From Hormiphora californensis (lineage: Eukaryota > Animalia > Ctenophora): DNA of 64,000 nucleotides. The stretch spans positions 6,324,001-6,388,000 of the forward strand of contig CM035357.1 of assembly GCA_020137815.1 (NCBI GenBank). Reading direction: 5' to 3'. Made by a program: the position numbers and the translations under genes. The notes beneath the pieces were generated by a model, which was not told the origin of the DNA, made no database searches, and saw only the letters and a list, made by a program, of their open reading frames with translations. Position 1 is the first letter of the stretch; each line of letters opens with the position of its first letter. Shown here piece after piece: positions 14,821 to 26,938 of this stretch.

Positions 14821-17800
14821 CCACACTCTATCACGCTCTCTTTCACTGTCTTATTCCATTGTATTCACCTCTTATATCCCTGATCCCGGCAGCGGGCAAA
14901 GGTGTAAGTGGGCCACCTTTCTCGCCAACTAATTCAATTAGTTTTTGGCTTAATTTAGGTACCTTTTTGGTTTTTAATCGCAGAAAGACAGTATTTCATA
15001 ATGTAATATTGTCGAAATAATGCGATATATGAGAAACGAGACGAATTTCTGTGAACATCGTGTTTTAGACGTCATTATGACGTCATTTTACGTAATTAGT
15101 GACGTCGTAACGACGTAATTGCATCACAATATATTTTGAATAAATACCCCAAAGGAGCTTGTAAAGTTTCATTGACCACAGTGGTCAGGAAAGGGAGTTT
15201 TTACTAGAAAAACGTTCAATTTGCTGAATTTTTCGTCAAATTTTTGACTTCCGACGCGATTCAAGGGCTCAAAATGATCAGCTACGAAAATTCGCAATAT
15301 AGTATCTGAAAGTTCAGACGATTTGCCGGTAACGATTTTTGGTCAAATTAGAAATCGGAACACGTCTTCAGGGTGCTAGAGGCGTTTGAAAAAAGTTAGT
15401 CGGTCTCGCGCAATGACGTCACTCATGACGTCATTGCGCGCGTCATAGGCAAGATGGAGAGTCGCGACCCAGATGGGTACATGCACGAGACAATTATCTG
15501 TCGAATGCCGCTTGGTTTAAGGTCGTACGATGTCTGGTTCGTCTCAAACTGGGACCAAACGGAAGGTAACAAAGCGTCTATACATGTATGTATGTATGTA
15601 TGTATATATATATCAACCTAGTTATCCCCACACTGAATTTTCTGTTTTGGGGGTGGTGTTATAACTTTTGAACAAAATGAGCTAGCCACTTGAAATTTTT
15701 ACCATCGATAGATGTCTACAAGAAGCTTCTGAGTACAAAATTTCAGCTTCCTAGCTCATCCGGTTCCGGAGTTATGGCGTGTCAAAAAGTGCCAAAATGG
15801 GCTAAAAGTATGAAATAACTATATATACGCTGTGAGCAAGCGGGCCGTTTTATGGGGGAATTTTTTTCGGGGGGTTGGATGGGGCCACCTTTGCGCTTGC
15901 CAGCGCAGTGATGAAGATGACCGGTACTTTTATATTGACATTTGGTAATGCACTTTACTACAGCTGAGCTATTACAACAGCAGCAATATTTTGATAGAGA
16001 AGGCCCTCTGATAAAGCGTCGTGCTCCTGAGTCGCGAATTCTTTTTATCTGCTATTTCATGACTTTATGATCAAATTAATGATCAAATCAATGTTAATAC
16101 AGATTGTTATGCATCAAAGAAATGTCAGTTATATAATAGTCATGTGACCCTATTTTGTACATGATCATGCAAAACGGTCCTACAAAGCTTATTTTATTAA
16201 AGGTGCGATCCTTCCCCAGTACGATTTTTGACATTGAATATGCTGGCCCACTTGATCCATTTAACGACATGTTCCCGGGCTTTCCAATGAAAGTGACAAC
16301 CCCAGGTCCAATCAGAGCCCTCCGATGGACCACCCATCTGAGGGAGCCTCTCTGCAAAATATGGAAGGAAGTTCCTTTTAGCTCATTATCACCACAGTAT
16401 GTCATATTATAATGAATGCACCTTATGACTGGAGTTTATTAGCAGGTGGTCCCCCCTGAGTAGTAGCCGTTTATTAGCTGTCAATTGGAAGTGGAGAGAG
16501 GGATGGTGGTAGAGAGATAGAGAGGAATGGTGGTAGAGAGATAGAGAGAGAGGGATGGTGGTAGAGAGAGGGAGAGAGGGAGGGTGGTAGAGAGGTAGGG
16601 TGGTAGAGAGATAGAGAGGGTGGTAAAGAGATGGAGAGGATAGAGGGATAGAAAGAGAGGATAGAGGGATAGAGGGGTGGTAGCTTAGAGAGATAGAGGA
16701 TAGCGGGATAGAAGAAGGGTGGTAAAGGGATAGATAGGGAGGGTGGTAAAGGGATAGAGTGAAATTGGAAGGCACGTATAGGAAACCGACTGAGAGAGGG
16801 ACATATGGTGTTTTAATGAAGCATATGTGTCGTCGCTTTTCTCTCGAACCCTGTGTTGCAACCCTATTTTTAACGACACTTTCAACACTATATCAGGATG
16901 CACGGCCCCCGTCTTTTTTTTCGTGTCTTCTCCGTCTTGCGGCTATGAATTTGTTCCGCCCCTTACTCAATTACTATATGAATGACGGCACATTATAGTA
17001 ATTCACTACCCCGCTCAATTATCCCTTTCACACCCCCACTTAATTATTGACTTGAGTGATTTCACTGATTTATACCCCCGTACCCTTCCCCTGCAGCAGC
17101 AGTCTCTTTCAGCAAATTTTGCCCATTTCACATCATAGTTCGAACTGGAACTTTGCCCTGATCCTTTGAACAAAACAACTGGAACAGTTACCGATCAAAT
17201 TCTGTGTTGAGTAAACACGTCACACCTCCCCACCCCCACCCCTTTCTAAATTTTGTGATGTTTATTACTTTCTGAGGTGCACACCACATGTTAATATATG
17301 TGATAGCGAGTGCACACAAAAAGCGAGCGCACGAGAAGGTGACAACTCCAAAAAATACGACTTTGCTACAATTTCTGTTTTGAAATGGCATACTTTTCCA
17401 TTGTATAGATCCCTCCCCCCTCTTATAAGCGTCGAATCTCGCTATTGCTGCTCTTTATAACGAAATAATACAGCTGTATTTAGGACGCAACACATGTTTC
17501 ATGGAATCCCTGCTCTTTATAAACCTGAAAGGAAAGCATGCGCCATGCCGTTTAGCCCACCCTTGAAGCATCACAATTGAGAGAGACATGTGTCTTATCG
17601 TCCTCCTATCCCGTCCCTTTTTATATTTTGCCGCATCCCTTTTATAGGTGCAGCATATTATCACAGATTGAGTCCAGCTGTCATATTCTCCGAACCCCGA
17701 TGAATCATCTTTTAGTACTAGCGCACACATCATCTTACTACTAAGAGTTAAGACCCTACTGACCCGTCACACTAGAATAATAATACAAGGCAGTAAATAA

Positions 17801-20800
17801 AATCGCATCTCATGTATCCAATCCCGTCCGTAGGGCGGGTATTTCCTCTAGTATGTTGAAATGATAAACACTTAGAAAAGCTTGAATACTTTAATTATGC
17901 TCGGCACTTCCTCGCCCGCGAATTTTATGGTAATTTTTATTTTATTATTAGGAAGAGGGGGATTTGCAATTTATATTATGTTCCATCTTGATTAGCTCCT
18001 TCTTCTTCTTCTTCTTCTTCTTTGAGTAACTTGGCAGGTAGCTATTAAAAGTGCTTCAATTCCTAACCATCAAAGATGAAAATCATAAAGCTTATCCTTC
18101 TCCACGTTGACTCGTATTATGATAACGTAATTTAACGGACCCTCATATTTTACGTGTCGACCTTTTATCGCAAGCAAGCTAAATCGGAAAATTATGCTTT
18201 AAAACCTTGAATAGATTTAAATATTCCCCCTCAAATGTATTTAATACATGATGCTTCTATAAAAGCATATTTTTAATACTGCAGATTTTATTGTATCTGT
18301 TAAGAAAAAAAGGGGGGGGAAGGGCCCCCCCCCGGGGCCCCCCCCTCCCTTCCCCCTGTCACCCCCCACCGGAGATGTGAGGGGGTTAATGTAGCCCCCC
18401 CCCCCAACTGGTTTCTAGATATTGCACTTCTGTCACTTAAAAAATTTCCATACACTCGCTCACACGATTTGTGGTGGGGTCTCTTCTCTCTCTCTCTCCC
18501 TCTCTCCTCCGCCCTCTCTCTCTCTATTTTTCCTCTTTTTCTTCCCCCTTCTCTCCCCCCCTCTCTCTCTCTCCCCCTCTCCCTCTCTCTCTTCTCTCTC
18601 TCTCTTCTTTTTCCAGATTGGTCAATCGGGCTAGATCCCTCTGAATTTAAAACTCTCATCATATAATTACTAACCCCTAATTTAGTGTTGTCTACAAATT
18701 TTGTTTGGGGCCCTTCGTTGACCCTGCGCATCCCGTAAAATGGTTATTGGGATCACAGCTGTCTATTTGAGGAGGGCCTGAAGTGAACGGCCATGGATTC
18801 GCCTTGCTGCCCTCTTTCTGAAAAGGGGGGTTAGAAAAAGGGCGGGGTGAGGTTGGGGGGTTTGGGGGTGAGGGGGGGTTATACCCTTAAAGGGGGTTAG
18901 AACAAAACATACGCCGTTTTTCTTTTAATAATTTGTTATACACCGCCAGACCTGGCGTACTGCACGCCCTTGCAATTTACAGGTGGGGGAATCTCATAGT
19001 CATACAATTTAGGGAGAAATCACATACTTTTGAGTGGGGAGAAACTGAATTCTTTGACGGTCGTTGGACGGTGACAGAGGGGCGGGGACTTTTTCCTTTT
19101 TACATCGGCTGAGAGAGAGAGAGGGATGGGGGGGGAAAAGAGAGAGAGGGGATAGGGAGAAGAAGGAAAGGCAGGAAGAGAGAGGAGGTGAAAAAAGGAG
19201 AGAAAAGGGGGAGGAGAGAGGGAGAGGAAGAAGAGAGAGGAGAGGGGGGAAAAAGGGGGTTTTTTAAAAAAAGAGAGAGAGGAAGGAAAAGAAAGGGGTT
19301 TTAGAGAGGGAGAAGGGGGGAAAAAAAGAAATATGGGAGAAATTTTTGGGAATGGTTTTTGTTCCAGAAATTTGGCCCAAATATTAAACCAATTCCCCCC
19401 CCCCCCAAAGGGGAGAATAATCATTTGGTTTGTTATAAAAGAATGAACCCCCAAATCAGTGTGCCTTTTTTAAATTTGGGGTTAAACCAAAATGGGGAAT
19501 TAAAAATTGAACTGTTTCCCCAAACCATGTCCCAACCCCCCCCAAATGGGGCAGATCCACCCCCCCCCAATCAGTGTGGCTATGTTTCCCCACCCCCCCA
19601 ACCAAATTGGCTATGTTTTCCACTCCCCCCCAATCAGTGTCCCAATTTTCCTAACTCATTTCATATTCCACCCCCAACTATGTGGCTATGATTCCCTCCC
19701 CCAAACTAAATGGGGCTATATTCCCTCCCCCCCCCAAAATGGCCATGATCCACTCCCCCAACTCTGGGGCTTTTTATCCCCCCCAAACCCTGTTTCCCCC
19801 CCCCCCCTTATGGGGGTTGATCACCCCAACTCGTGTGGCCCCATTTTCCACTCCCCCAACTCAGTGTGGCTATGATTCCCTAACTATGGGTTTTGACCAC
19901 TAATCTTTTGGGGAAATTATCCCCACCTTGGAANNNNNNNNNNNNNNNNNNNNNNNNNNNNNNNNNNNNNNNNNNNNNNNNNNNNNNNNNNNNNNNNNNN
20001 NNNNNNNNNNNNNNNNNNNNNNNNNNNNNNNNNATCAGATATTAACATGTGTAGCCGCAGTAATGTCCTAACTCCTAAGATGGTGCTGCTCGGGAACTAT
20101 CCTCTCTATATAGCTTAAACGTCAAGATAATTGATAGTAAAAGGGCTCGCCCTCCCCCCGCTCGCGCCCTCTCTCTATCTCCTCTCTATCTCCGAGCTAT
20201 CGCTCCTATCGCTCGCGATCTCTCTACTACTGTTGTCAGATTTCCCTACATGTTTTGTTTTGTGTAAGGTTGACAAGATACCTAAAACTTTTCGTATAGC
20301 GTCTTAGTTTGATTTATCATTATTTTCAAAAGCATTTTTTTTCAGAATTTTTTGTCGGCTAGAAAAAAATTCGAAATAGGGGGTCTACCGATATTGTCAG
20401 CACTGGTTTTACTGGGCACACTCACTGCGTCTCGCAAATTGAAATTCACGTTTCCGGTTCCTCAAAAGATAAAGACTTGATCTTGGTTGCGTTGGATTGG
20501 TCTCAATAAGACCTTTCCAACGCTACCAAAACGGTTTCTGTATCTCATCAGGAACCGGAGATATTACGTTATCAATTTAAAAAAAGGCACACTCATTTGT
20601 CAGTAGACCCCCTATTTTGCACATATTTCTAGCCGACAACAAATTCTGAAAAAATGCTGAAAATTAATGATAAATCAAAATAAGACGATATACGAAAAGT
20701 TTTAGGTATCTTGTCAACCTTTAACTAAGTATCTTGCTCATCTTTTTAGTTGGTTTGTTTTATATCATTATCAATTTTTATTTCTCCGGAATTTCTCCCT

Positions 20801-21024
20801 CCAATCCACATTATATATATATTCTCTCCCAACCCCCGTTTTCATCTCTTTATTTTAGTTCCCAATCCGTTGCCGATAATATGCTGTGTCGCATGAATAA
20901 TGAACTTGGGAAGGTCATCTGTCAACATAATGGTTATGGGCTCCCATGATCACTCGTTCTGACCTCCCCCAGTTTCATTTCTGTCAGACCAACCGGTACT
21001 CTGTCTCCCTCGTATCCCCTTCTT

Positions 21025-21090
<66 letters not shown>

Positions 21091-21478
21091 ATGTCAGCTG
21101 TCCGACCGATTCATTGGTGAAATCTTGACACAAAGTAACTAAACGGTTATACAACAAGTTGTCTTAGTCTAAAAGTAAAACCAGAATAGTTTGAAAATCA
21201 GTTTAGTTTATCTTTGTAACAATTTTATCTGCCCACTATATTCGAGTTTTCACATACCATGGTTACCATAGTTACCATAGTTACCATGGTGTTTGGTCCT
21301 ACAGTTGCCGCCCTTGTAAAGAGTGTCCGACCCGGCCGTGCAGGAGGAGGAGGGGGAGGTCGTAGTTTGGTTTTGATAAGGGAGGGTAAGGAGCACCTAG
21401 GTCCGGGACAACTGCAACCTAGTGGGGCAACCCGGAAACACTCCGACAGATCTGTCAAGTCGTACACTGACGAAGAAA
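12692..21478 (+). CDS. Putative spliced coding module of unknown family: exons 12692-12756, 13516-13609, 13919-13988, 21305-21478. It ends either at a terminal exon 21852-21874 (DLPHLR*) or splices to ADCY10 exon 42383
   Basis: GT-AG junctions with matching phases (2,0,1,1) give one open frame: MNHRSSYSRVSLSSASNNRNFRSSRSSIRHSQARGRDSKVARSVRNSIRRISTAFFEAPKDKGANGLGILDEFNEDVAALVKSVRPGRAGGGGGGRS...SVKSYTDEE. Transposons fall in the predicted introns. No recognisable homology. Confidence 0.5.
12809..13445. mobile_element. Second polyG/polyC-ended non-autonomous DNA transposon, 8-bp TSD
   Basis: TIR G(n)TCCAGCCCTAAAAAAAGCTAA ... TTAGCTTTTTTAGGGCTGGAC(n); CCAGTACT on both sides; AAAAAAGCT subterminal arrays. 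Confidence 0.8.
13630..13800. mobile_element. Tc1/mariner (pogo/Tigger-type) MITE; related copies at 36420-36565 and ~54763-54846
   Basis: TA|CAGTCGGACCCCGATTTAGG ... CCTAAATCGGGGTCCGACTG|TA, with internal CCCCGATTTA repeats. Confidence 0.85.
14563..15912 (+). mobile_element. Helentron/DINE-1-like non-autonomous rolling-circle element (copy 1)
   Basis: 5' inverted-repeat pair (about 14563-14620 and 14896-14953) enclosing a CT tract; internal (TATG)n; 3' subterminal GGCCACCTTT complementary to 5' AAAGGTGGCC, then stem-loop TGCGCTTGCCAGCGCA-GTGAT. Homologous to 32600-33866 and 33871-34950. Confidence 0.65.
17733..17851 (+). mobile_element. Mini-Helitron (~119 bp)
   Basis: Starts A|TCTTACTACTAAG; ends with hairpin CCCGTCC-GTA-GGGCGGG then CTAG|T. 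Confidence 0.6.
19934..20033. other. Assembly gap (100 N), preceded by low-quality homopolymer-inflated sequence from about 18300
   Basis: Run of N; the preceding sequence has abnormally long G/C/A/T runs. Confidence 0.95.
20267..20720. mobile_element. MITE with long TIRs, possibly Kolobok-type
   Basis: AGGTTGACAAGATACCTAAAACTTTTCGTATA... and its inverse; TTAA on the right flank only (left flank TGTA), so the superfamily is tentative. Confidence 0.75.
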
Positions 21479-22379
21479 GTAAGTTTATTAGTTTTCAATA
21501 GTTTGTTGACATTGTTCTATTAGTTTGAATTGCAGCGTAAATCGTGATAATTTGAGTCTTCTGATTTTAGTAGTTTGATTGAATAAAGCATTTTGGAGGG
21601 TTTAATTTGTGGATGTTTATAATTAGTTCATGTCCAGTGTATGCTTCTAGTGGGTTTGTAGGATAGAATGAGTTAATAGGGTGCCTGCCCTGACCACAAA
21701 AACACGACCATAACAGTTTTTAAAAACAGTTTATCGCCATATTTATCTCTCTATCTTATTATTATCTTCTCTCTATCTTATTATTATTTTCTCTATCTTT
21801 GTCTGTCTGAACCCCTCAAGCACCCCATCGCATTATGTTTCTGTTTACCAGGTGATTTACCACATCTGAGATAGAGTTAATCCTAACTAATTATAATTAG
21901 GAACTTGCCCCGCCAACCACAGAAATCATACGAGGGGAAGGCGACAGAGAGAGGGAGAGAGAGACAGATATATATAGACAGATAGAGATGGGGAAGTTGG
22001 AAAGATAGGCTAGGAGGCGTGTTTTATATGTGTGTTATATACCTCTCTCAAGTTTGTAAACAAACATGCCCGTTTCTATTATGCCTGTAGTCATTCACCA
22101 GATTTCATGCATATACCGTACTACTTGGCCCGCAATTTAATTAACATCGTCATTCTAATATGAGAGTGAATGAGCTATCCCACAAGCTCCTCCTCCTTCT
22201 TTAAGTGCACAGCCTTGTTCGACCCTCTCTTATAACAAATGAGGGTTAGAACATTAAACCTCTCTCAGTGCACCGTCATATATTTTGTGGTGGATGCTGG
22301 GTCACTGTCTGATCACATATAGTAGCTCCATAGTAGCTCATTAACTAATTCTGGGCATCTGGGAAGACTATCAGACAAT

Positions 22380-23704
22380 AGTTAGGGGTAATAACACCGA
22401 ATATCGCCTTGACTGGGAAAAAATTTGTGTCAAGCTGATTTCTTCACTAACGTGTCCCAATGGGTCCCCTCTAGCCCTCCTGAGTTTTTTAAACTCGGGA
22501 TGGAGTGCAACATGTTCATTTCCGGGTTTACTTTTTACCTGCATTTCTAGCCTGAGGCCAAAAACGTAACTACCCTTAGGAAAGGAGTAGAGAAAAAATC
22601 GAGGACACTAGAGTGATCAGCGTCCTCGCATTAGTGGGGGTAGGTGCCGGAATTAAGTCTCTATCTCATCTGGTTAATTAGATAATTGGATAATTAGGTT
22701 TGCGCACAACCGTTTGTTGGCTATATGGCTATAGCCACTTAGGAAAGGAGTAGAGACAAAACCAAGGGCACTAAAATGATCAGCGTCCTCGAATTAGTGG
22801 GGATAGGTGCTGAAATTAAGTCTCTATTTCATCTGGTTAATTAGATAATTGGATAATTAGGTTTGTGCATAACCGTTTTTTGGCTAATATGGCTATAGCC
22901 ACTTAGGAAGGGTTTAGAGACTTTTCATTGGTGCCATTTTGTAGGCAAAGCCAAGTTAAGGGGGGTCGACGTCGGACTTTTAAGCTCTATCTTCAACCGT
23001 TTAGCCGTTATTTGGCTTTAACGGTGTTCAAAATCGGGCTTTTTACCATATTTTGCTCATTTAGAGCATCTTAAAAGCCAAATAACGGCTAAACGGTTGA
23101 AGATAGAGCTTAAAAGTCCGACGTCGACCCCCCTTAACTTGGCTTTGCCTACAAAATGGCACCAATGAAAGTCTCTAAACCCTTCCTAAGTGGCTATAGC
23201 CATATTAGCCAAAAAACGGTTATGCACAAACCTAATTATCCAATTATCTAATTAACCAGATGAAATAGAGACTTAATTTCAGCACCTACTCCCACTAATT
23301 CGAGGACGCTGATCATTTTAGTGCCCTTGGTTTTGTCTCTACTCCTTTCCTAAGTGGCTATAGCCATATAGCCAACAAACGGTTGTGCGCAAACCTAATT
23401 ATCCAATTATCTAATTAACCAGATGAGATAGAGACTTAATTCCGGCACCTACCCCCACTAATGCGATGACGCTGATCACTCTAGTGTCCTCGATTTTGTC
23501 TCTACTCCTTTCCTAAGGGTAGTTACGTTTTTGGCCTTAGTCTAGAAATGCAGGTAAAAAGTAAACCCGGAAATGAACATGTTGCACTCCATCCCGAGTT
23601 TGAAAAAACTCAGGAGGGCTAGAGGGGACCCATTGGGACACGTTAGTGAAGAAATCAGCTTGACACAAATTTTTTCCCAGTCACCCGACTACTGCCCCTA
23701 ACTA
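22380..23704. mobile_element. Foldback element: ~610-bp near-identical inverted arms with a ~50-bp spacer
   Basis: 22410-23020 is the reverse complement of 23071-23683. Outer ends TAGTTAGGGG/CCCCTAACTA; each arm carries an internal ~165-bp tandem duplication. Confidence 0.9.
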
Positions 23705-23905
23705 CAAGGATCTGCACGGATCTGAGTAGTATCGGAACGGTATAAATGGGACAGGTCCTTTTATAGTCATTTACCTATAATGGCTTATTGAGGCCATAAT
23801 TGGTATCTTTTTCGAGAAAATTTGTTCTATCTGACGAGCCAATTTACACTCGCTGATATAGCAGCTGTTATACAGTACGCCTGTTATAACTCTCTCTCTC
23901 TCTCC

Positions 23906-23952
<47 letters not shown>

Positions 23953-24332
23953 TCTCTCTTTCCCTCTCTCCCTCTCTCTCTCTCTATCTCTGACTTCTAC
24001 TCTCAATATGGAAAATTTCTATATCTGCCCCTAAATTCTCAGTAGAACTTTGACATTTTTGACAAACTCGCTTCGTTTTGCTTCTATCGTTTTGAGGAAA
24101 AGCTCGAAAGCCACCAAATCCCATTTAAACCAGTGATTAGTTTTCGAGGTGGCAGGTCATTTGGGAAGGGCCCGATTGGGTTCGTCCGATTCCCTTTATC
24201 TTCGGGTTTCCCCCAAGTGCAAGAGGGCCCGAGGACCGTGTGAGTGAAACAGATTGAATACTTTGAATTAGCAGACTGTTGTTGACAAACGACTTTCTTG
24301 AAATTACAAAAACATTCTTCAACAGACCAAAC

Positions 24333-25246
24333 TCAGACAATTGTCCTAATTTTAACTCCAGTCATCTTTTCAACTTTCTCAATCGCATTGTCCATCTCTT
24401 TAGATTGATCCTCATTCAACCATTCCCTCCATCCCCCAACCCCTCCTTTTCTGACAAACGGAGTGGTATTAACATCACAATGAGCCGAATAGTTAACCGC
24501 ACTATTTCCCTTTCATCGTATCGATATTTCCCTCGTGAAGGACCCTCTGTAGCCTCTCCGGAGTCACCTCCACCCCCAGGAAATCAGCAATCTTCCTCAC
24601 CTCCCTCTCACAATCCTCAACTAGATCCTCATAGGACAGGACTAGGATGTTGTCACACTTTGTCTGCCTCAGTTAACCACTCAACCAGGTGGTCCTCCCA
24701 AAGTCCGTAGTACGTGACTTTTGGATCTCGAGCAATATCCAGAGAAATAGTGGTTAAAATTACCATCAGCGACCGGGGCACATTTGTAACGAAAGTTAAA
24801 TGTTTCAATATGGTGGAAGAAGGAGACAGCCCAGTCTTTTGGGTTTCGAACACAGTAGATTATCTTCCTGCTAGTCCATTGGGGCGGCAGCCAGGAAAAT
24901 AAATCATGGGTCTTGAACACTCTTGGACTTGCATTTTCTCGATGTAATCTTGCTTATCCGGTTTGTGAAGGAGGGCTTGAAGCCATGGGACCTGCTGGGT
25001 GAGCTCAGTCAGTGGGCCGTTAGGACAGTCCAGTAAATTGTAAACCATGGTTTGTAGCCAGGTGGTGCCACTTTTGGTGTACGGTTGCAATCAGCACATC
25101 ATCCTGGACGGGAGGGGAGGGTCTCGACTGCTGAGTAACTTTCCGGTGGACAGAATCGGAGGTACAGTACAGACCTCGGTAGACTGGAGTGTGGGTAGAA
25201 ATGTGTGGGCTGGGTAGGAAAGGCTGACATCGTTCATGTTGTCCAT
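24333..25246 (-). CDS. Cytosolic PAPS-dependent sulfotransferase (Sulfotransfer_1), intronless, ~300 aa, interrupted by about six 1-nt frameshifts (assembly error or pseudogene)
   Basis: Frames join into DDVLIAT/YTKSGTTW (5'PSB loop), MFKTH, KIIYCVRNPKDWAVSFFH (3'PB), YYGLWEDHLVEW, NILVLSYEDL, VRKIADFLG, PFVRKGGVGGWRE (RKGxxGxW), then TGA at 24335-24333; ATG at 25246. Confidence 0.9.
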
Positions 25247-25841
25247 GATAAGAAGCAAATGAAACAAGATCTAGGAAGCTGAAAAATGAAATTTTAGAAG
25301 AGGAAAGAAACCCTGTCGGGTGCTGTGATAACATAAACAAAAAACGTTTAATCTGATTATCATAGCCGAAAGTTTGAGCAAATCTTATTTTAATTTCCAT
25401 TAAAGTGAAATTGAATATCAGCTGCGGTTGGACCTCGATATACCGTGGACGGATATAGTTCTACATTGGTAGCGAAGCTGCCAACTTCGTCGGAGAGCGC
25501 AGGGGTGGTGCACGCCACGTACAGGGTATAGCGTGACGTGCCCAAAGTTCTACAGGGGATTCCAGTTAAGAATTATTCGCCTCGATACACCATTCACACA
25601 TGGTTTTACTCTTCCTTCTGTATCAGTTATAGTCCACTGCGGTCATTATCGCCATCGGAGATAACGATCGGAAATTTTTGTTCATACATCGACGGCCATT
25701 ATTTTCAAAATCTAAGATTCAAATTCTACAAGCACCCTCGTAAAGTGATGAACATGTCGGAATATTACACAATTTCTTGATCACGTGAATCACAGAGGAT
25801 CGATTATTACTTTTCTTGAACTTCTCTCTCCTTCAAATCTC

Positions 25842-25900
<59 letters not shown>

Positions 25901-25990
25901 CCTTTTCTCACTTCTCAGACTCAAATGCACCTTTAATGGCAGCTTGGCATGTGTCAAGAGAGTGAACCAGAAAGGAATGAAAGAAATGCG

Positions 25991-26089
<99 letters not shown>

Positions 26090-26092
26090 GAG

Positions 26093-26208
<116 letters not shown>

Positions 26209-26616
26209 CGTCTTTCTTGTCAGCCGTCAGGTATCGTCTGACCTCCGATTTGGAGATCTGGCATATATCAGACAAAACGTGTGTCTCAACGAACCTCATA
26301 TCTTCATAAGTTCATAATTGTCTTATCTCATACTACTCAGCCATGTCACTGCTTGCAATTTATCCCTTATTTTTTCAGCCCCCTCATCCCAATAATTTTG
26401 ATTATGTAATTAGACCCCTACTCCGCTAGTACAAAGTACCTATAATTACACCCATCTTCGACACTCGTTCACTATACTTCAAGAGCTGCAGGGGGGTATA
26501 GAAATTTCATCCGTTCTTCAATCTTCACGCATGTCCACACTGCACTACGGACCACGGTTACAGTTGACACCATGTGTGCAGTATTGCAGGTTTCCCTACC
26601 CTTTACTCTATCTCTC

Positions 26617-26702
<86 letters not shown>

Positions 26703-26715
26703 TGATCTCTCTCTA

Positions 26716-26777
<62 letters not shown>

Positions 26778-26874
26778 CATTTCCACGTGTGTCGCCATGG
26801 TAACTACCCCCTCCGATGATCGCGCAATGCAGGATTTGCACCTCTTCGTACTCTACTGTCTCCAAGTGACAGGT

Positions 26875-26938
26875 TTGGTTACGAAATAACAGATAACCCC
26901 TCCCTTGCCAGTGAGAAGAGGGGTTATTTCGTAACCAA
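26875..26938. mobile_element. Miniature member of the TTGG...CCAA-ended family with ~9-bp TSD; other members at 41226-41289, 45623-46199, ~51288-51357, 53765-54566
   Basis: TIR TTGGT(T/A)ACGAA...TTCGTAACCAA. Flanks are GTGACAGGT/GTAACAGGT here, CCTCTGATC/CCTCTGATT at 41226 and GAACTAACT/GAACTAACT at 45623. Confidence 0.7.

Noticed and set aside
18300-19933. Pro/Gly/Lys/Phe-rich ORFs and G-quadruplex-like runs (also 27960-28810 and 60880-62310)
   Set aside because: Homopolymer-inflated low-quality sequence next to microsatellites or the gap; likely a sequencing artefact.
24279-24710. 143-aa plus-strand ORF
   Set aside because: Antisense shadow of the sulfotransferase.
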